Assembly (NCBI GenBank): GCA_021778035.1
Contig: JAJYCY010000002.1
Span: forward strand, 12,580 to 76,579
DNA length: 64,000 nucleotides
Direction: 5' to 3'
Source of the DNA: Pseudomonadota bacterium
Lineage (GTDB): Bacteria > Pseudomonadota > Gammaproteobacteria > Acidiferrobacterales > UBA6901
Positions 9,082-20,046 of this stretch are shown piece by piece (position 1 is the stretch's first letter; each line of letters begins with the position of its first letter). The position numbers and the translations under genes are program-made. The notes under the pieces are model-generated. The model saw only the letters and a list, made by a program, of their open reading frames with translations. It did no database searches and was not told where the DNA came from.

Positions 9082-10632
9082 ATGCAGTCGACCCCGAAAC
9101 CGCTTGTTCTGGTTATCATGGATGGCTGGGGCTACCGCGAAAACACCGAACACAACGCTATTACCGGCGCGCGCAAACCGGTCTGGGACCGGTTGTGGGC
9201 GGACTATCCCCATACCCTGATCCGTGCGTCGGAAGCGGCTGTCGGCCTGCCTTCCAACCAGATGGGAAATTCCGAGGTCGGACACCTTAACCTAGGGGCA
9301 GGGCGCGTCGTCTATCAAGAGTACACGCGCATCAACCGCGCCATCAGCTCGGGTTCGTTTTTCACCAACAAGACCTTCATCGACGCGGTGGATCTTGCCA
9401 TCAACAGCGGAAGATCCATTCACCTTCTCGGCCTGCTGTCCCCCGGCGGCGTTCACAGCCACGAGGAACATATCCACGCAATGGCAGAGCTCGCGGTGCG
9501 GCGGGGTGCCAGCAAGGTGTACCTGCATGCATTCCTCGATGGCCGCGATACGCCACCGCAGAGCGCGCGCGCCTCGATCGACGCAATGGACCAGAAATTC
9601 CGCAGCCTCGGGCAGGGGCGGATTGCTTCGCTGATCGGCCGCTATTACGCCATGGACCGCGATCACCGCTGGCCACGGATCCAGGCCGCCTACGACCTCA
9701 TCACACTGGGCAAGGCGGAATACCAGGCCGCCACCGCCGCCGAAGGACTCGAGGCCGCCTATGCACGCGGCGAAACTGATGAATTCGTGAAGGCCACGAT
9801 CATCGCACCGCCCGGCACGGCTCCGGTCCGGATCAGCGATGGCGACGTGGTGCTGTTCATGAACTTCCGTTCCGACCGCGCGCGCCAGATCACGAGGCCG
9901 TTCATCGAGGATGACTTCGACGGGTTCGTGCGTAGCGCACATCCGCGGCTCGGCCGCTTCGTCAGCCTGACCGAATACCAGTCAGAATTCCACATTCCCG
10001 TGGCGTTCCCCCCCGAGCGCCTGCGCAACGTGCTGGGCGCGTACCTTTCCAGTCTCGGCAAACGGCAGCTGCGGATCGCCGAGACCGAAAAATACGCGCA
10101 CGTGACCTTTTTCTTCAACGGCGGTGTCGAGACTCCGTTCGACGGCGAAGACCGCATTCTGGTGCCCTCGCCCACCGATGTCGCGACCTACAATCTCAAG
10201 CCGCAGATGAGCGCCTCGCAGGTGGCCGAGCGGGTGGTCGATGCCATACGAGGCGGTATCTACGACGTAATCGTCTGCAATTTCGCCAATGCCGATATGG
10301 TCGGGCACACGGGGGATTTCCCGGCGACTGTGCGCGCGATCGAGACGCTCGATGCATGCCTCGGACGCATTACTCCGCAGGTGCTGGAGGCCGGTGGCGA
10401 GATGCTGGTCACCGCCGACCATGGCAATGCCGAACAGATGTTCGATCCCGACACCGGACAGCCACAGACCGCGCATACCACCAATCCGGTCCCGCTGCTT
10501 TACATCGGCCGGCCGGCCCGACTCTCCGCAGGAGGGTCACTCGAGGATGTCGCCCCGACCATGCTTTGCCTGATGGGGCTGCGCATCCCGGCGGAGATGA
10601 CTGGACGTTCCCTGGTTGAACTGGAAGCCTGA
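9082..10632 (+). CDS. gpmI: 2,3-bisphosphoglycerate-independent phosphoglycerate mutase
   Basis: 516 aa. Contains [11 protein letters not shown], the [12 protein letters not shown] catalytic Ser region, and ADHGNAE. Confidence 0.95.
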   Translation: MQSTPKPLVLVIMDGWGYRENTEHNAITGARKPVWDRLWADYPHTLIRASEAAVGLPSNQMGNSEVGHLNLGAGRVVYQEYTRINRAISSGSFFTNKTFIDAVDLAINSGRSIHLLGLLSPGGVHSHEEHIHAMAELAVRRGASKVYLHAFLDGRDTPPQSARASIDAMDQKFRSLGQGRIASLIGRYYAMDRDHRWPRIQAAYDLITLGKAEYQAATAAEGLEAAYARGETDEFVKATIIAPPGTAPVRISDGDVVLFMNFRSDRARQITRPFIEDDFDGFVRSAHPRLGRFVSLTEYQSEFHIPVAFPPERLRNVLGAYLSSLGKRQLRIAETEKYAHVTFFFNGGVETPFDGEDRILVPSPTDVATYNLKPQMSASQVAERVVDAIRGGIYDVIVCNFANADMVGHTGDFPATVRAIETLDACLGRITPQVLEAGGEMLVTADHGNAEQMFDPDTGQPQTAHTTNPVPLLYIGRPARLSAGGSLEDVAPTMLCLMGLRIPAEMTGRSLVELEA

Positions 10633-11893
10633 CGGAAATTCTTGCACCACGGGCAGGCATGCCCGCTTCTTCTGTCCGCGACGGGGCCAATCCGGCGGTC
10701 CGGACCCTTCCCCGGCGCCGTCTCCGCGTACCCGCCCTGCCCTGGCACTGCTATGCACGGCCGCTCTGGTACTGGCCGGCTGGGCGGCGGCCAGCATGGC
10801 ATCCACCGGCGGTGCTTCGGCAGCCTGGAGACTTTCGCGGCTGCGCCATCGGCTCGAATCGCTCGAACGCAGCCTGGAACATGTCCGCGGACAGCGCGAC
10901 TCCCAGCGCGAGGCACTGCGCGTCACTGAGGAACACATCGGAGAGACGGTACGCGCCCTGCGACAGCTCGGCATCGAACGCCGGGAGCAGAGCCGCCGGC
11001 TTGCGTATCTGCGCACCGAGCAGGAGCAGGAACATGTCCGGATCAAAGGACAGATGGACGCGCTCGCGCGCGAGGCGCGCGCGACCTATGCGCTTGGACG
11101 CCAGGAATACCTCAAGCTGCTCCTGAGCCAGGAGGATCCGGCGACCATCAGCCGGGTGCTTACCTATTACCAGTACCTCCAGAAGGCCCGCGCCGCACGC
11201 ATCGCGGCGGCGCGCTCGACGCTTGCGCATCTGGCGCTTCTGTCGGCGCAGATCAGGACACGGCAGCAGGCACTGACACGGCTGAGGTCGGAGCAGGCCA
11301 ATCGGCGCCAGACGCTGTTGCGGTCCGAAGCCCATCGCCGGATACTGCTTGCCGCGCTCAACCACAGGGTGGTGAGCCAGTCCCGGGAAGTCAGGCGTCT
11401 GCAGACCGATGAACGCCGGCTCGCCCACCTGGTCCAAGGTATCGGGCATGAGGTGGTAGGCAGGTCACCGGTTCCGCTTCCCGGCCCCGATAGCCGCTTC
11501 GCGCAGTTCCGCGGTAGACTTCCACTGCCTGTAGCGGGCAGAATTATCGACCGGTTCGGCCAGCCCGAAGGTATCGGAAACCTCACGTGGCAGGGCGTAT
11601 TTCTGGCGGCACCCCAAGGAAGCAGGGTAATTTCGGTATTCGGCGGGCGGGTAGCCTATGCCAGCTGGCTGCGTGGGTTCGGCCTGCTCATGATCGTTGA
11701 CCATGGCGACGGGTACATGTCGCTTTATGCTCACAACCAGAGCCTGTATGAGCGCACCGGCGACTGGGTCAGCGCGGGACAGACCATCGCCACTGTCGGC
11801 GACACGGGCGGAGCTCCGCAACCCGGCCTGTATTTCGAGGTTCTGCATGACGAGCGGCCCGTAAACCCCCTCGATTGGTGCAAAATACGCTAG
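10616..11893 (+). CDS. envC: Murein hydrolase activator EnvC-like (coiled coil + M23/LytM domain)
   Basis: A long coiled-coil N-terminal half and a C-terminal LytM domain ([19 protein letters not shown]...GDTGG). It follows gpmI as in E. coli. The start codon is uncertain (no in-frame ATG before the signal-like segment). Confidence 0.8.
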   Translation: MNWKPDGNSCTTGRHARFFCPRRGQSGGPDPSPAPSPRTRPALALLCTAALVLAGWAAASMASTGGASAAWRLSRLRHRLESLERSLEHVRGQRDSQREALRVTEEHIGETVRALRQLGIERREQSRRLAYLRTEQEQEHVRIKGQMDALAREARATYALGRQEYLKLLLSQEDPATISRVLTYYQYLQKARAARIAAARSTLAHLALLSAQIRTRQQALTRLRSEQANRRQTLLRSEAHRRILLAALNHRVVSQSREVRRLQTDERRLAHLVQGIGHEVVGRSPVPLPGPDSRFAQFRGRLPLPVAGRIIDRFGQPEGIGNLTWQGVFLAAPQGSRVISVFGGRVAYASWLRGFGLLMIVDHGDGYMSLYAHNQSLYERTGDWVSAGQTIATVGDTGGAPQPGLYFEVLHDERPVNPLDWCKIR

Positions 11894-12048
11894 ACTTGAC
11901 CAGAACGGAAGGAACCCAGGCACAAACCCTGCCGCAGCGAGCCTGTACAGGCGGCAGTGCAACCACCGTGTAATCCGGAGAAAACCAAATGAATCTATTC
12001 CCCCGCTCCCCCCACGAGGCGCACCGACGCCCGAAGGGAGGCCACTTC

Positions 12049-13380
12049 ATGCGTTATGCCCTGATTCTGTTTCTGGGCGTGTTTATCGGGGCGGGAATCA
12101 CCCTCGAACGCGACGTACAGGCCGACCGCAGCGCCCCGAACACGCAATCCCTTACGCAGCAGGCGGCCGAACCACTGCCCATACAGCAGCTGCGCACATT
12201 TACGGATGTGTTTGCGCGCATCAAATCCGATTACGTCGAGCCGGAAAGCGATACCAAGCTGATCGACAATGCCATCCAGGGCATGGTGTCCTCGCTGGAT
12301 CCGCATTCAGCCTTTCTTGACCGTAAGGCGTTCCGCGAGATGCGCATCAGTACCGAAGGCGACTTCGGCGGACTCGGCCTGCAGGTGACCATGATAGACG
12401 GGGTCGTTAAGGTCATATCACCGATTGATGGCACACCGGCTGCGACCGCCGGAATCAAGCCGGGCGACCTGATCATCCAGATCGACCAGAAGGCGGTCCA
12501 GGGTATGTCCCTCGAGCAGGCTGTGGACATGATGCGCGGCAAGCCGGGAAGCCCCATCACCCTGACCATCCTGCGAAAGGGCGTGAACAAACCACTTAAA
12601 TTCACGCTCAAGCGTGCGGTCATCAAGATTGAAAGCGTCAAGGCACGCCTGCTCGAGCCGGGGTACGGCTATGTGCGGATCGCGCAGTTCCAGGCGAACA
12701 CCGAGGACAGCCTCATGAACGCGCTCCGGACGCTCCGTAGACAGAACAAGGGCCGTCTGAAGGGCCTGGTCCTCGACCTGCGGAACAATCCGGGCGGAGT
12801 CCTGAATGCGGCTGTTGCCGTGAGCAACACATTCCTCAACAAGGGTCTTATCGTGTATACGAAGGGGCGCGTTCCGGACTCCAACATGAAATTTGCCGCA
12901 ACCCCCGGAGGCGACGTCCTGCACGGAGCGCCGATGGTGGTCCTCGTCAACGGCGGTTCGGCGTCGGCGTCGGAAATCGTTGCCGGTGCACTGCAGGACA
13001 ACAAGCGCGCGATCATCATGGGCACGAAGACCTTCGGAAAAGGTTCGGTGCAGACGATCATCCCGCTGAGCGACGGCTCGGCCCTGCGGCTTACCACGGC
13101 GCGCTACTACACGCCGGACGGAAATTCGATCCAGGACCGCGGCATTACGCCCAACGTGGTCGTCGACGAGATGAAGATCCCGAAAATCGAGAAGGCGAAC
13201 GATGGCATGCTGAAGGAAGTTGACCTCGAAGGCCACCTGAAGAACACCGGACCGGCGGCGGCGAACGCGCCGGCGGCAGCCGCGGTGCCACCTGACACGG
13301 TCGGTTCGGACTATCAGCTGTGGGAAGCCCTCAACCTGCTCAGGGGTATCTCGGTTTACCGGCACGAAGCCGGCGAGTGA
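12049..13380 (+). CDS. ctpA: Carboxy-terminal processing protease (S41 family, PDZ domain)
   Basis: Signal/TM MRYALILFLGVFIGAG. PDZ (GLGLQVTMIDGVVKVISPIDGTPAATAGIKPGDLI). S41 catalytic region (VLVNGGSASASEIVAGALQD...GTKTFGKGSVQ). Confidence 0.9.
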   Translation: MRYALILFLGVFIGAGITLERDVQADRSAPNTQSLTQQAAEPLPIQQLRTFTDVFARIKSDYVEPESDTKLIDNAIQGMVSSLDPHSAFLDRKAFREMRISTEGDFGGLGLQVTMIDGVVKVISPIDGTPAATAGIKPGDLIIQIDQKAVQGMSLEQAVDMMRGKPGSPITLTILRKGVNKPLKFTLKRAVIKIESVKARLLEPGYGYVRIAQFQANTEDSLMNALRTLRRQNKGRLKGLVLDLRNNPGGVLNAAVAVSNTFLNKGLIVYTKGRVPDSNMKFAATPGGDVLHGAPMVVLVNGGSASASEIVAGALQDNKRAIIMGTKTFGKGSVQTIIPLSDGSALRLTTARYYTPDGNSIQDRGITPNVVVDEMKIPKIEKANDGMLKEVDLEGHLKNTGPAAANAPAAAAVPPDTVGSDYQLWEALNLLRGISVYRHEAGE

Positions 13381-14330
13381 GCGGCAGCCGGGTTGGTGCC
13401 ACCGGACTGCTGAGGCAGTCACCGGCGGCATCACCGGCGGCATTCGAACGGCCGGCGGCACGCCGGCCGTTTTCAACGGGTGTACAGGCCGCATTGCTGC
13501 TCCTTGCGCTGTTCGCAGCCGGCTGCGCCGGAGCTTCGGCCGCGCTGGCTCCACCTTCCGCCTACATCGGCATCATCATCGATGACCTGGGAAACAGCCG
13601 GCATGGCGGTGAACTCGCCGTGCGGCTGCCGGGACCGGTAGCCTGCGCCATCCTTCCAGGCACTCCCTATGCGGCGCTGCTCGCCCGGATGGCCCGCCGT
13701 CACGGAAAGGAAGTGCTGCTGCACCTGCCCATGGAACCGGTGGCCGGACTGAACCCGGGGCCCGGCGCGCTGGACACGGCGATGTCGCGGACCCTGTTCA
13801 CGCTCACGCTCGATGCCGACCTAGACAGCATCCCCGGTGTGGCAGGAGTCAACAATCACATGGGCAGCCTCCTGACTTCGCGCACAATACCCATGGAGTG
13901 GCTGATGCGGACCCTGTCGCAGCGTGGCGGGCTTTTCTTTGTCGACTCCCGCACGATCGCCGCCAGCGTCGCGGCCAGGACTGCGGCGGCATACCGGGTA
14001 CCGGCTCTTTCGCGGGATGTCTTTCTTGATGACGTGCCGACAGCCGGGGCCGTGGAACGGCAGCTGGCACTGCTTCTGCGCATCGCGCACAGACGCGGCT
14101 ACGCACTGGCGATCGGCCATCCGCATTCTGCAACCCTGGACGTGCTGCGGCAATGGCTGCCGCTGCTGGCGTTGCGCCGCGTCCGGCTGGTTCCGCTCTC
14201 CACGCTGCTGGCGCTCAGATCAGGCCGCGCGCTGCCCTGGGCGCCGGGACCCGCCCGCCCGCCCGGAGCCGTCGGCCAGGCGCTGCCGCGGCTGCCGGAC
14301 CAGGACGACCCTTCACTCGCCTGGCCGTGA
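13377..14330 (+). CDS. Divergent polysaccharide deacetylase family protein (YibQ-like)
   Basis: Contains IGIIIDDLGN...LLHLPMEP...NNHMGS...AIGHPH. A GTG at 13377 overlaps the ctp stop (GTGA). It occupies the E. coli yibQ slot after envC/ctp. Confidence 0.75.
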   Translation: MSGSRVGATGLLRQSPAASPAAFERPAARRPFSTGVQAALLLLALFAAGCAGASAALAPPSAYIGIIIDDLGNSRHGGELAVRLPGPVACAILPGTPYAALLARMARRHGKEVLLHLPMEPVAGLNPGPGALDTAMSRTLFTLTLDADLDSIPGVAGVNNHMGSLLTSRTIPMEWLMRTLSQRGGLFFVDSRTIAASVAARTAAAYRVPALSRDVFLDDVPTAGAVERQLALLLRIAHRRGYALAIGHPHSATLDVLRQWLPLLALRRVRLVPLSTLLALRSGRALPWAPGPARPPGAVGQALPRLPDQDDPSLAWP

Positions 14331-14350
14331 CCGCTCGGCCACGCCCGGAC

Positions 14351-16000
14351 TCAGACCGGGCGGAACAGCATCCACGCAGCAAGAATCAGTCCTGCGCCAG
14401 CACATCCGAGCAGCCATCCGGCAGCCGGCAGACCGGCCCACCGTGTTGCCGGCAGGCTTACCGCATAGACCACAGCCGCTGCCAGCACCAGACCGCCGCC
14501 ACATAACGCCAGCGCCATGCGTCGCTGGCTGCGCGTCATCTCCTGGCGCAGCCGGTCCAGGTCCTGCCCGCCGCCGTCCCGCATCCGCGCGGTGCGCTGC
14601 AACGATTCATGGAACAGCGCTGGCAGCTCCGGCAGGACACCTGACCACTTCGGCAGCTCTCTCGCCAGATTCCGCAAGAATGCGCGGGGTCCGACCTGGT
14701 CACGCATCCAGCGCTCGAGAAAGGGCTTTGCGGTCTCCCACAGATCAAGATCCGGATACAGCCTGCGCCCCAGGCCCTCGATATTGAAAAGCGTTTTCTG
14801 CAGAAGCACCAGCTGGGGCTGCACCTCCATGTTGAAACGGCGGGCGGTCTCGAACAGCCGCAGCAGCAGCCGTCCGAAGGAAATATCCTTGAGCGGGCGC
14901 GCGAAAATCGGCTCGCAGACGGCACGGATGGCTGCTTCGAACTCGTCGAGGCGCGTATCGCCCGCGACCCAGCCGGCGCGCACGTGGGATTCGGCAATGG
15001 CGCGGTAGTCACGCCGGAAGAATCCGAGGAAATTCTCGGCGAGATAGCGCTTGTCGCGATCGGTCAGGGTTCCCATGATGCCGAAATCCATGGCGAGATA
15101 CTGTCCGGACTCCGAAACGAGAATGTTGCCCGGATGCATGTCTGCGTGGAAAAAACCATGGCGGAAAGCCTGGGTGAAAAAGACCTCGACACCGTTGTGC
15201 GCCAGGCGCCGCAGGTCGATACCAGCAGCTTTCAACGCCGGAACGTCGCTTACCGGTATCCCGCTCAGGCGTTCCATCACCATCACTTCGGTGCGGGTGA
15301 GGTCCCAGTAGATCCTCGGCACATGCAGCATCACCGAACCCGCGAAATTGGCGCGAAGCTGGCTGCCGTTGGAAGCCTCGCGCATCAGGTCGAGTTCGGC
15401 CCGGATCGTCCTGCTGTATTCGTCGACCACGTCGATGGGCCGCAGGCGGCGTCCATCCGGCCAGTAGCGCTGAGCCAGGCCGGCCAGCGTGTAGAGCAGC
15501 GCCAGGTCACGCTCGATAACCGGGCCGATTCCGGGACGCAGCACCTTGACGGCGACCGGGGTTCCATCCGGCAGCTCGGCAAAATGCACCTGGGCCACCG
15601 ACGCCGAGGCCGCGGGCTTCGGGTCAAACGCGCGCAGATGGTCGCTGAGCTTCCCACCCCAGGCGTGCTCGATCACGGCCACTGCCTGTTCTCCCGGAAA
15701 CGGCGGCACCTGGTCCTGCAGGCGGCTAAGCTCTTCGGCGATATCATCCGGAAGCAGGTCGGGACGGGTGGACAGCAGCTGGCCGAACTTCACGAAGACC
15801 GGACCCAGCTCCTCGAGCGCCTCGCGCAGGCGGCGGGCGCGCGGCACAGAGGTGGCACGGAACCAGCGCCACGGCATCAGCCGCAGCAGAACCCGGTAGG
15901 GACGGAACAGGTGCAGGGCGTGCACGAATTCGTCCAGATCGTGCCGCACGAATACCTGCGTGATCCGCAGCAGACGCCCGACCTGTGCCGTGCGCCTCAC
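14351..16000 (-). CDS. ubiB: Ubiquinone biosynthesis regulatory kinase-like protein UbiB (ABC1/ADCK family)
   Basis: 549 aa. Contains FVKFGQLLSTRPDLLP, ASVAQVH, HADMHPGNI, and C-terminal TM helices. Confidence 0.95.
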   Translation of the reverse strand: MRRTAQVGRLLRITQVFVRHDLDEFVHALHLFRPYRVLLRLMPWRWFRATSVPRARRLREALEELGPVFVKFGQLLSTRPDLLPDDIAEELSRLQDQVPPFPGEQAVAVIEHAWGGKLSDHLRAFDPKPAASASVAQVHFAELPDGTPVAVKVLRPGIGPVIERDLALLYTLAGLAQRYWPDGRRLRPIDVVDEYSRTIRAELDLMREASNGSQLRANFAGSVMLHVPRIYWDLTRTEVMVMERLSGIPVSDVPALKAAGIDLRRLAHNGVEVFFTQAFRHGFFHADMHPGNILVSESGQYLAMDFGIMGTLTDRDKRYLAENFLGFFRRDYRAIAESHVRAGWVAGDTRLDEFEAAIRAVCEPIFARPLKDISFGRLLLRLFETARRFNMEVQPQLVLLQKTLFNIEGLGRRLYPDLDLWETAKPFLERWMRDQVGPRAFLRNLARELPKWSGVLPELPALFHESLQRTARMRDGGGQDLDRLRQEMTRSQRRMALALCGGGLVLAAAVVYAVSLPATRWAGLPAAGWLLGCAGAGLILAAWMLFRPV

Positions 16001-16590
16001 CCGGCACTCCCGCGCAGACGCGCAACGCGCTGCGCCAGACGATCGACGTCTGCCCGCAGCACGTCGACGGCATCAGCAAAGGCGTCAACATCATGACGCG
16101 AGGGCAGCACTCGGCGCTCACGCTGCAGATACTCCGCGACATCCTGCATGATCACTGAGACGGCCGCGCGCAGGGTGGACGTGGTCGCGCGCACCGCGTT
16201 GCCCAGCTGGTGCGCCAGCGGATCCCCCACAACCCGCGCCGCGATTTCCTCCCAGTCGATGTCCATCTGCTGCAATATCTTCTGAAACTGCTGGCCCAGT
16301 TCGACATCGCCCCTGATGTCAACCGCGCCGGCGCGGAAAGCCTGCGTCTGCCGCCCGCGCACCAGGTCGATTAAGCCGTAAATGCTGCCGCAGACTGTCA
16401 CATCGGGGGCACTGTCACCGCGGGCGCGCAGACGGATTCCGGACTGCGCGGGAGCCACGTCGAACGTAATCCCGGTTCCGCGCAGCTCGATCCGGATGAT
16501 ACGTCCGGACAGCGCGCCAAGCGCGCGCATGGTTTCGCCATCAAGGCGCAGCAGCCGGTTCGCCGCTTCCTCACACGCCCCGATCAGCAC
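15997..16590 (-). CDS. ubiJ: Ubiquinone biosynthesis accessory factor UbiJ (SCP2 domain)
   Basis: 197 aa. It lies between ubiE and ubiB with a 4-nt overlap onto ubiB. The N-terminal half is SCP2-like (GRIIRIELRGTGITFDV...GDVELGQ). Confidence 0.8.
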   Translation of the reverse strand: MLIGACEEAANRLLRLDGETMRALGALSGRIIRIELRGTGITFDVAPAQSGIRLRARGDSAPDVTVCGSIYGLIDLVRGRQTQAFRAGAVDIRGDVELGQQFQKILQQMDIDWEEIAARVVGDPLAHQLGNAVRATTSTLRAAVSVIMQDVAEYLQRERRVLPSRHDVDAFADAVDVLRADVDRLAQRVARLRGSAG

Positions 16591-16632
16591 CCGCAGCCCT
16601 TCGACATGGATTACGCCATGATCCGCCAGGGA

Positions 16633-17403
16633 TCAGAACTTGTAGCCCCGGTGCAGGGCGACGATACCACCGCTCAGATTGAAGTAATGCGTCCGCTCGA
16701 ACCCCGCAGTCTCCATCATGGACTTGAGGGTTTCCTGGTCCGGATGCCGGCGTATCGACTCCACCAGGTAACGGTAGCTGTCTTCATCGTTGGCGATGTA
16801 CTTCCCCATCAGCGGCAGCAACGTAAAGGAATACAGGTCATACAGGCTTCCCAGGCCCGGCAGCACCGGGTGCGAGAATTCCAGCACCAGCAGCCTCCCG
16901 CCCGGCTTCAGCACACGATAAATCGAGGCCAGCGCCGCGTCCTTGTTTGTGACGTTGCGCAGACCGAACGCGATGCTGACGCAGTCAAATTCGCCGTCGC
17001 CGAACGGCAGGCACTCGGCGTTGGCCTGGACGAATGTGATGTTGCCCGCGATGCCACGGTCGGCAAGCCGCTGGCGTCCAATGTCCAGCATGGAGGCATT
17101 GATGTCGGCGATGACCACGCTTCCGCCGGCACCGACCCGGCGGGCGAATCTGGCCGCCAGGTCTCCCGTGCCTCCGGCCACGTCCAGGACATGCTGTCCG
17201 GTGTGCACCCCGCTCTGGCCCACGGCAAACTGCTTCCACAGCCGGTGGATGCCGAACGACATGGCATCGTTCATGAGATCGTACCGCGACGCCACGGAGT
17301 CGAACACCCGCGCCACGAGTCCGGCCTTTTCCTCCACCGGCACTTCGCGAAAACCGAAATGTGTCAGGTTCTCATCCGAACCGGGCTGACCGTGCCGTCC
17401 CAT
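16633..17403 (-). CDS. ubiE: Demethylmenaquinone/2-methoxy-6-polyprenyl-1,4-benzoquinol C-methyltransferase
   Basis: From internal ATG 17403: [33 protein letters not shown], the SAM motif [10 protein letters not shown], and [15 protein letters not shown]. Confidence 0.95.
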   Translation of the reverse strand: MGRHGQPGSDENLTHFGFREVPVEEKAGLVARVFDSVASRYDLMNDAMSFGIHRLWKQFAVGQSGVHTGQHVLDVAGGTGDLAARFARRVGAGGSVVIADINASMLDIGRQRLADRGIAGNITFVQANAECLPFGDGEFDCVSIAFGLRNVTNKDAALASIYRVLKPGGRLLVLEFSHPVLPGLGSLYDLYSFTLLPLMGKYIANDEDSYRYLVESIRRHPDQETLKSMMETAGFERTHYFNLSGGIVALHRGYKF

Positions 17404-17407
17404 GCCC

Positions 17408-17791
17408 TTACACCCCGCCGGCCGGCTGCGGATTGCGCCTGTGGCCGGCCTGTTCGAGGCGCTCGATATACTGGTTCCACAGCTGCTCCTGGTTGACGCC
17501 GAGAGTATGCAGCAGGTCCCAGGAGTAGATTCCGGTGTTGTGCCCGTCGTCAAAGTACAGGCATACGGCGTAGGTCCCGACAGGTTCGATGCTGGTGATG
17601 TTCACATTCTCCTTTCCAATCTGCAGCACTTCCTGCCCGGGACCATGGCCGCGGACTTCCGCGGACGGGGAATAGACGCGCAGGTACTCGCACGGGTAGC
17701 GGAAATGGCTGCCATCGTCGAACGTGATCTCCAGCGCGCGCGATTTCTGGTGCAGCTTGATATCGGTCGGTCTTACGGCATTCTTGCGCAT
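17408..17791 (-). CDS. DUF971 / gamma-butyrobetaine hydroxylase-like N-terminal domain protein
   Basis: Contains [26 protein letters not shown]...[21 protein letters not shown], typical of DUF971. Start taken at the internal ATG (MRKNAV). Confidence 0.7.
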   Translation of the reverse strand: MRKNAVRPTDIKLHQKSRALEITFDDGSHFRYPCEYLRVYSPSAEVRGHGPGQEVLQIGKENVNITSIEPVGTYAVCLYFDDGHNTGIYSWDLLHTLGVNQEQLWNQYIERLEQAGHRRNPQPAGGV

Positions 17792-17929
17792 GTCTGCCTT
17801 TCGGGCCCCTGTGTCGGGCTGGTTGAACGCGGTTGGGGCTGGCTGGCCCGCCCGCATCCGCGGGACACCCCTGCCGGAAATGCCGGGATTATACCGGCTC
17901 TGCCCGGAGATGTGCGCCTGGTAACCAAA

Positions 17930-17947
17930 CTGTCATACTTATGTTAT
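17930..17947 (+). promoter_or_regulatory. Candidate Pho box upstream of phoB
   Basis: CTGTCAT-actt-ATGTTAT is two 7-mers on an 11-bp register resembling CTGTCAT-N4-CTGTCAT. It lies 58 bp upstream of the phoB ATG. Confidence 0.5.
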
Positions 17948-18004
17948 GAAATATGCGCCCAAAAAACGAGCAGTTCCGTTCCCTGCGGGATGTAAAATCG
18001 AGCC

Positions 18005-18694
18005 ATGCCGGCAAGAATACTGGTAGTTGAAGACGAACAGGCAATCCGTGAAATGGTCTGCGTTGCACTGCGCCAGGCAGGATTTGACTGCCTGGAGGCG
18101 GCCGACGCACCCCAGGCCCAGGCGCGGATCCTCGCCACCATGCCCGACCTGGTACTGCTCGACTGGATGCTGCCGGGCATCAGCGGCGTCGATTATGCCC
18201 GGCGCCTGCGGCAGGAAAAGCTCACCCGTCACCTGCCGATCATCATGCTGACGGCCCGCACCCAGGAAGAGGACAAGCTCAAAGGCCTTGAAACCGGAGC
18301 CGACGACTACGTCACCAAGCCGTTTTCCACCCGCGAACTGATGGCCCGCATCCGGTCGCTGCTGCGCCGCAGCGCGCCGCAGACAGTGGACAACGCGGTG
18401 GAAATCAGCGGCCTGCACCTCGACCCGGCCACCCACCGGGTACAGGCCAACGGCGCGAGCCTCGTGCTCGGGCCGATGGAATTCAGGCTGCTGCACTTCT
18501 TCATGACCCATCCGGAACGCGTGCACAGCCGCGAGCGTATACTGGACAGCGTGTGGGGCGGGAACGTATACGTCGAGGAACGCACGGTGGATGTCCACAT
18601 ACGGCGCCTGCGCAAAGTGCTTGAAGCGAGCGGCCACGACGCGCTGATCCAGACGGTGCGCGGCTCGGGCTATCGCATGTCGGTGCAGGGCTGA
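18005..18694 (+). CDS. phoB: Phosphate regulon response regulator PhoB (OmpR family)
   Basis: Starts [18 protein letters not shown], has [14 protein letters not shown] and a winged-helix C-terminus ([14 protein letters not shown]...[10 protein letters not shown]). It is followed by phoR. Confidence 0.95.
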   Translation: MPARILVVEDEQAIREMVCVALRQAGFDCLEAADAPQAQARILATMPDLVLLDWMLPGISGVDYARRLRQEKLTRHLPIIMLTARTQEEDKLKGLETGADDYVTKPFSTRELMARIRSLLRRSAPQTVDNAVEISGLHLDPATHRVQANGASLVLGPMEFRLLHFFMTHPERVHSRERILDSVWGGNVYVEERTVDVHIRRLRKVLEASGHDALIQTVRGSGYRMSVQG

Positions 18695-18699
18695 CGAGG

Positions 18700-20046
18700 G
18701 TGCGCGAGAGCTGGGCACGTGAAATCTGGGTGCTGATCGGCATCCTGGTGGTCTTCTCCGGTCTGGGCCTGGCGGCGGGCCATCCTTTCGACGCGCTGCT
18801 GCTTGGCCTCGCAGTCTACCTGGCACTGACCCTGCGGCACCTGTTCCTGCTGCACCGGTGGCTGCAAAGCCGCCGCCGGGACGACATTCCTGAGGCTGCC
18901 GGACTGTGGGGCGATGTGTTTGACAGCATCCGCCTGCTGATGAAGGAGACGGAGCGCCGGGAAGACCAGCTCACCCAGACGCTGACACGTTTCCAGGGGA
19001 CCAGTGCGGCAACACCGGACGCAATGGTCGTCATGGCGCACAACAACGTCATCGAATGGGCGAATCCGGCCGCCGAACGCCTGCTGGGCGTGACGTCTGC
19101 ACGCGACCACGGCCTGCGCATCACCAACCTTCTGCGCGATCCGGATTTTGCGGGCTATCTCGAGAGCGGCGATTTCACTGACGCCATCACCATTCCTTCG
19201 CCGGAACGCCCTGAAAAGACCCTGTCGATCCAGATCATCCCGTTCGGCAGCAGCCAGAAGCTGCTGATCGGACGCGACATCACGCACCTCGAACGGCTGG
19301 AGGCAATGCGACGCGACTTCGTCGCCAACATCTCCCACGAACTGCGCACGCCGCTTACCGTCATTTCCGGGTTCCTTGAAACCCTGCAGGACATGGAAAA
19401 ACCGGACTTCGACGAGATCCGGCAGTATCTGGCCATGATGCATGAACAGGCCATACGCATGCAGCATCTGGTAAACGATCTGCTGACGCTCTCCAGGCTG
19501 GAGACCGAGCCGCCGCTGCTGCACCAGTCGACCGTCGATGTCCCGGCCATGCTGGCCGGTCTCAGCCAGACGGCCCGGATGCTGAGCGGGCCGCGGCATC
19601 ACGACATCGTACTGGACGTGGAGCCGGACCTGCGTCTCGAAGGCAACGAGGATGAGCTGCGCAGCGCGTTCTCGAACCTGATCAACAACGCCGTGCGGTA
19701 CACACCGGCAGACCGATCCGTCATCCTGAAGTGGGCTGATTCGGCGGAAGGAGCCAGATTCTCGGTCATTGACACTGGTGACGGCATCGCACCGCAGCAT
19801 CTGCCGCATCTGACCGAACGGTTTTACCGGGTGGACAGTGCGCGTTCGCGCGCCACAGGCGGCACCGGGCTCGGGCTGTCCATCGTCAAGCACGTGCTGC
19901 TGCGTCATGACGCCAGGCTCGGCATAGAAAGCGTGCTCGGACAGGGCAGCACCTTCGTATGCCAGTTCCCGCGGTTGCGCACCCGGCGCATCGTGGACAC
20001 GGACAGCGCGCAACTTCCGCATCATCTTCCGGACACACGGCCGTAA
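18700..20046 (+). CDS. phoR: Phosphate regulon sensor histidine kinase PhoR
   Basis: GTG start. Has an N-terminal TM pair, a PAS region, the H-box FVANISHELRTPLT, the N-box NLINNAVRYT and the G-box DTGDGI...GTGLGLSIV. Confidence 0.9.
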   Translation: MRESWAREIWVLIGILVVFSGLGLAAGHPFDALLLGLAVYLALTLRHLFLLHRWLQSRRRDDIPEAAGLWGDVFDSIRLLMKETERREDQLTQTLTRFQGTSAATPDAMVVMAHNNVIEWANPAAERLLGVTSARDHGLRITNLLRDPDFAGYLESGDFTDAITIPSPERPEKTLSIQIIPFGSSQKLLIGRDITHLERLEAMRRDFVANISHELRTPLTVISGFLETLQDMEKPDFDEIRQYLAMMHEQAIRMQHLVNDLLTLSRLETEPPLLHQSTVDVPAMLAGLSQTARMLSGPRHHDIVLDVEPDLRLEGNEDELRSAFSNLINNAVRYTPADRSVILKWADSAEGARFSVIDTGDGIAPQHLPHLTERFYRVDSARSRATGGTGLGLSIVKHVLLRHDARLGIESVLGQGSTFVCQFPRLRTRRIVDTDSAQLPHHLPDTRP

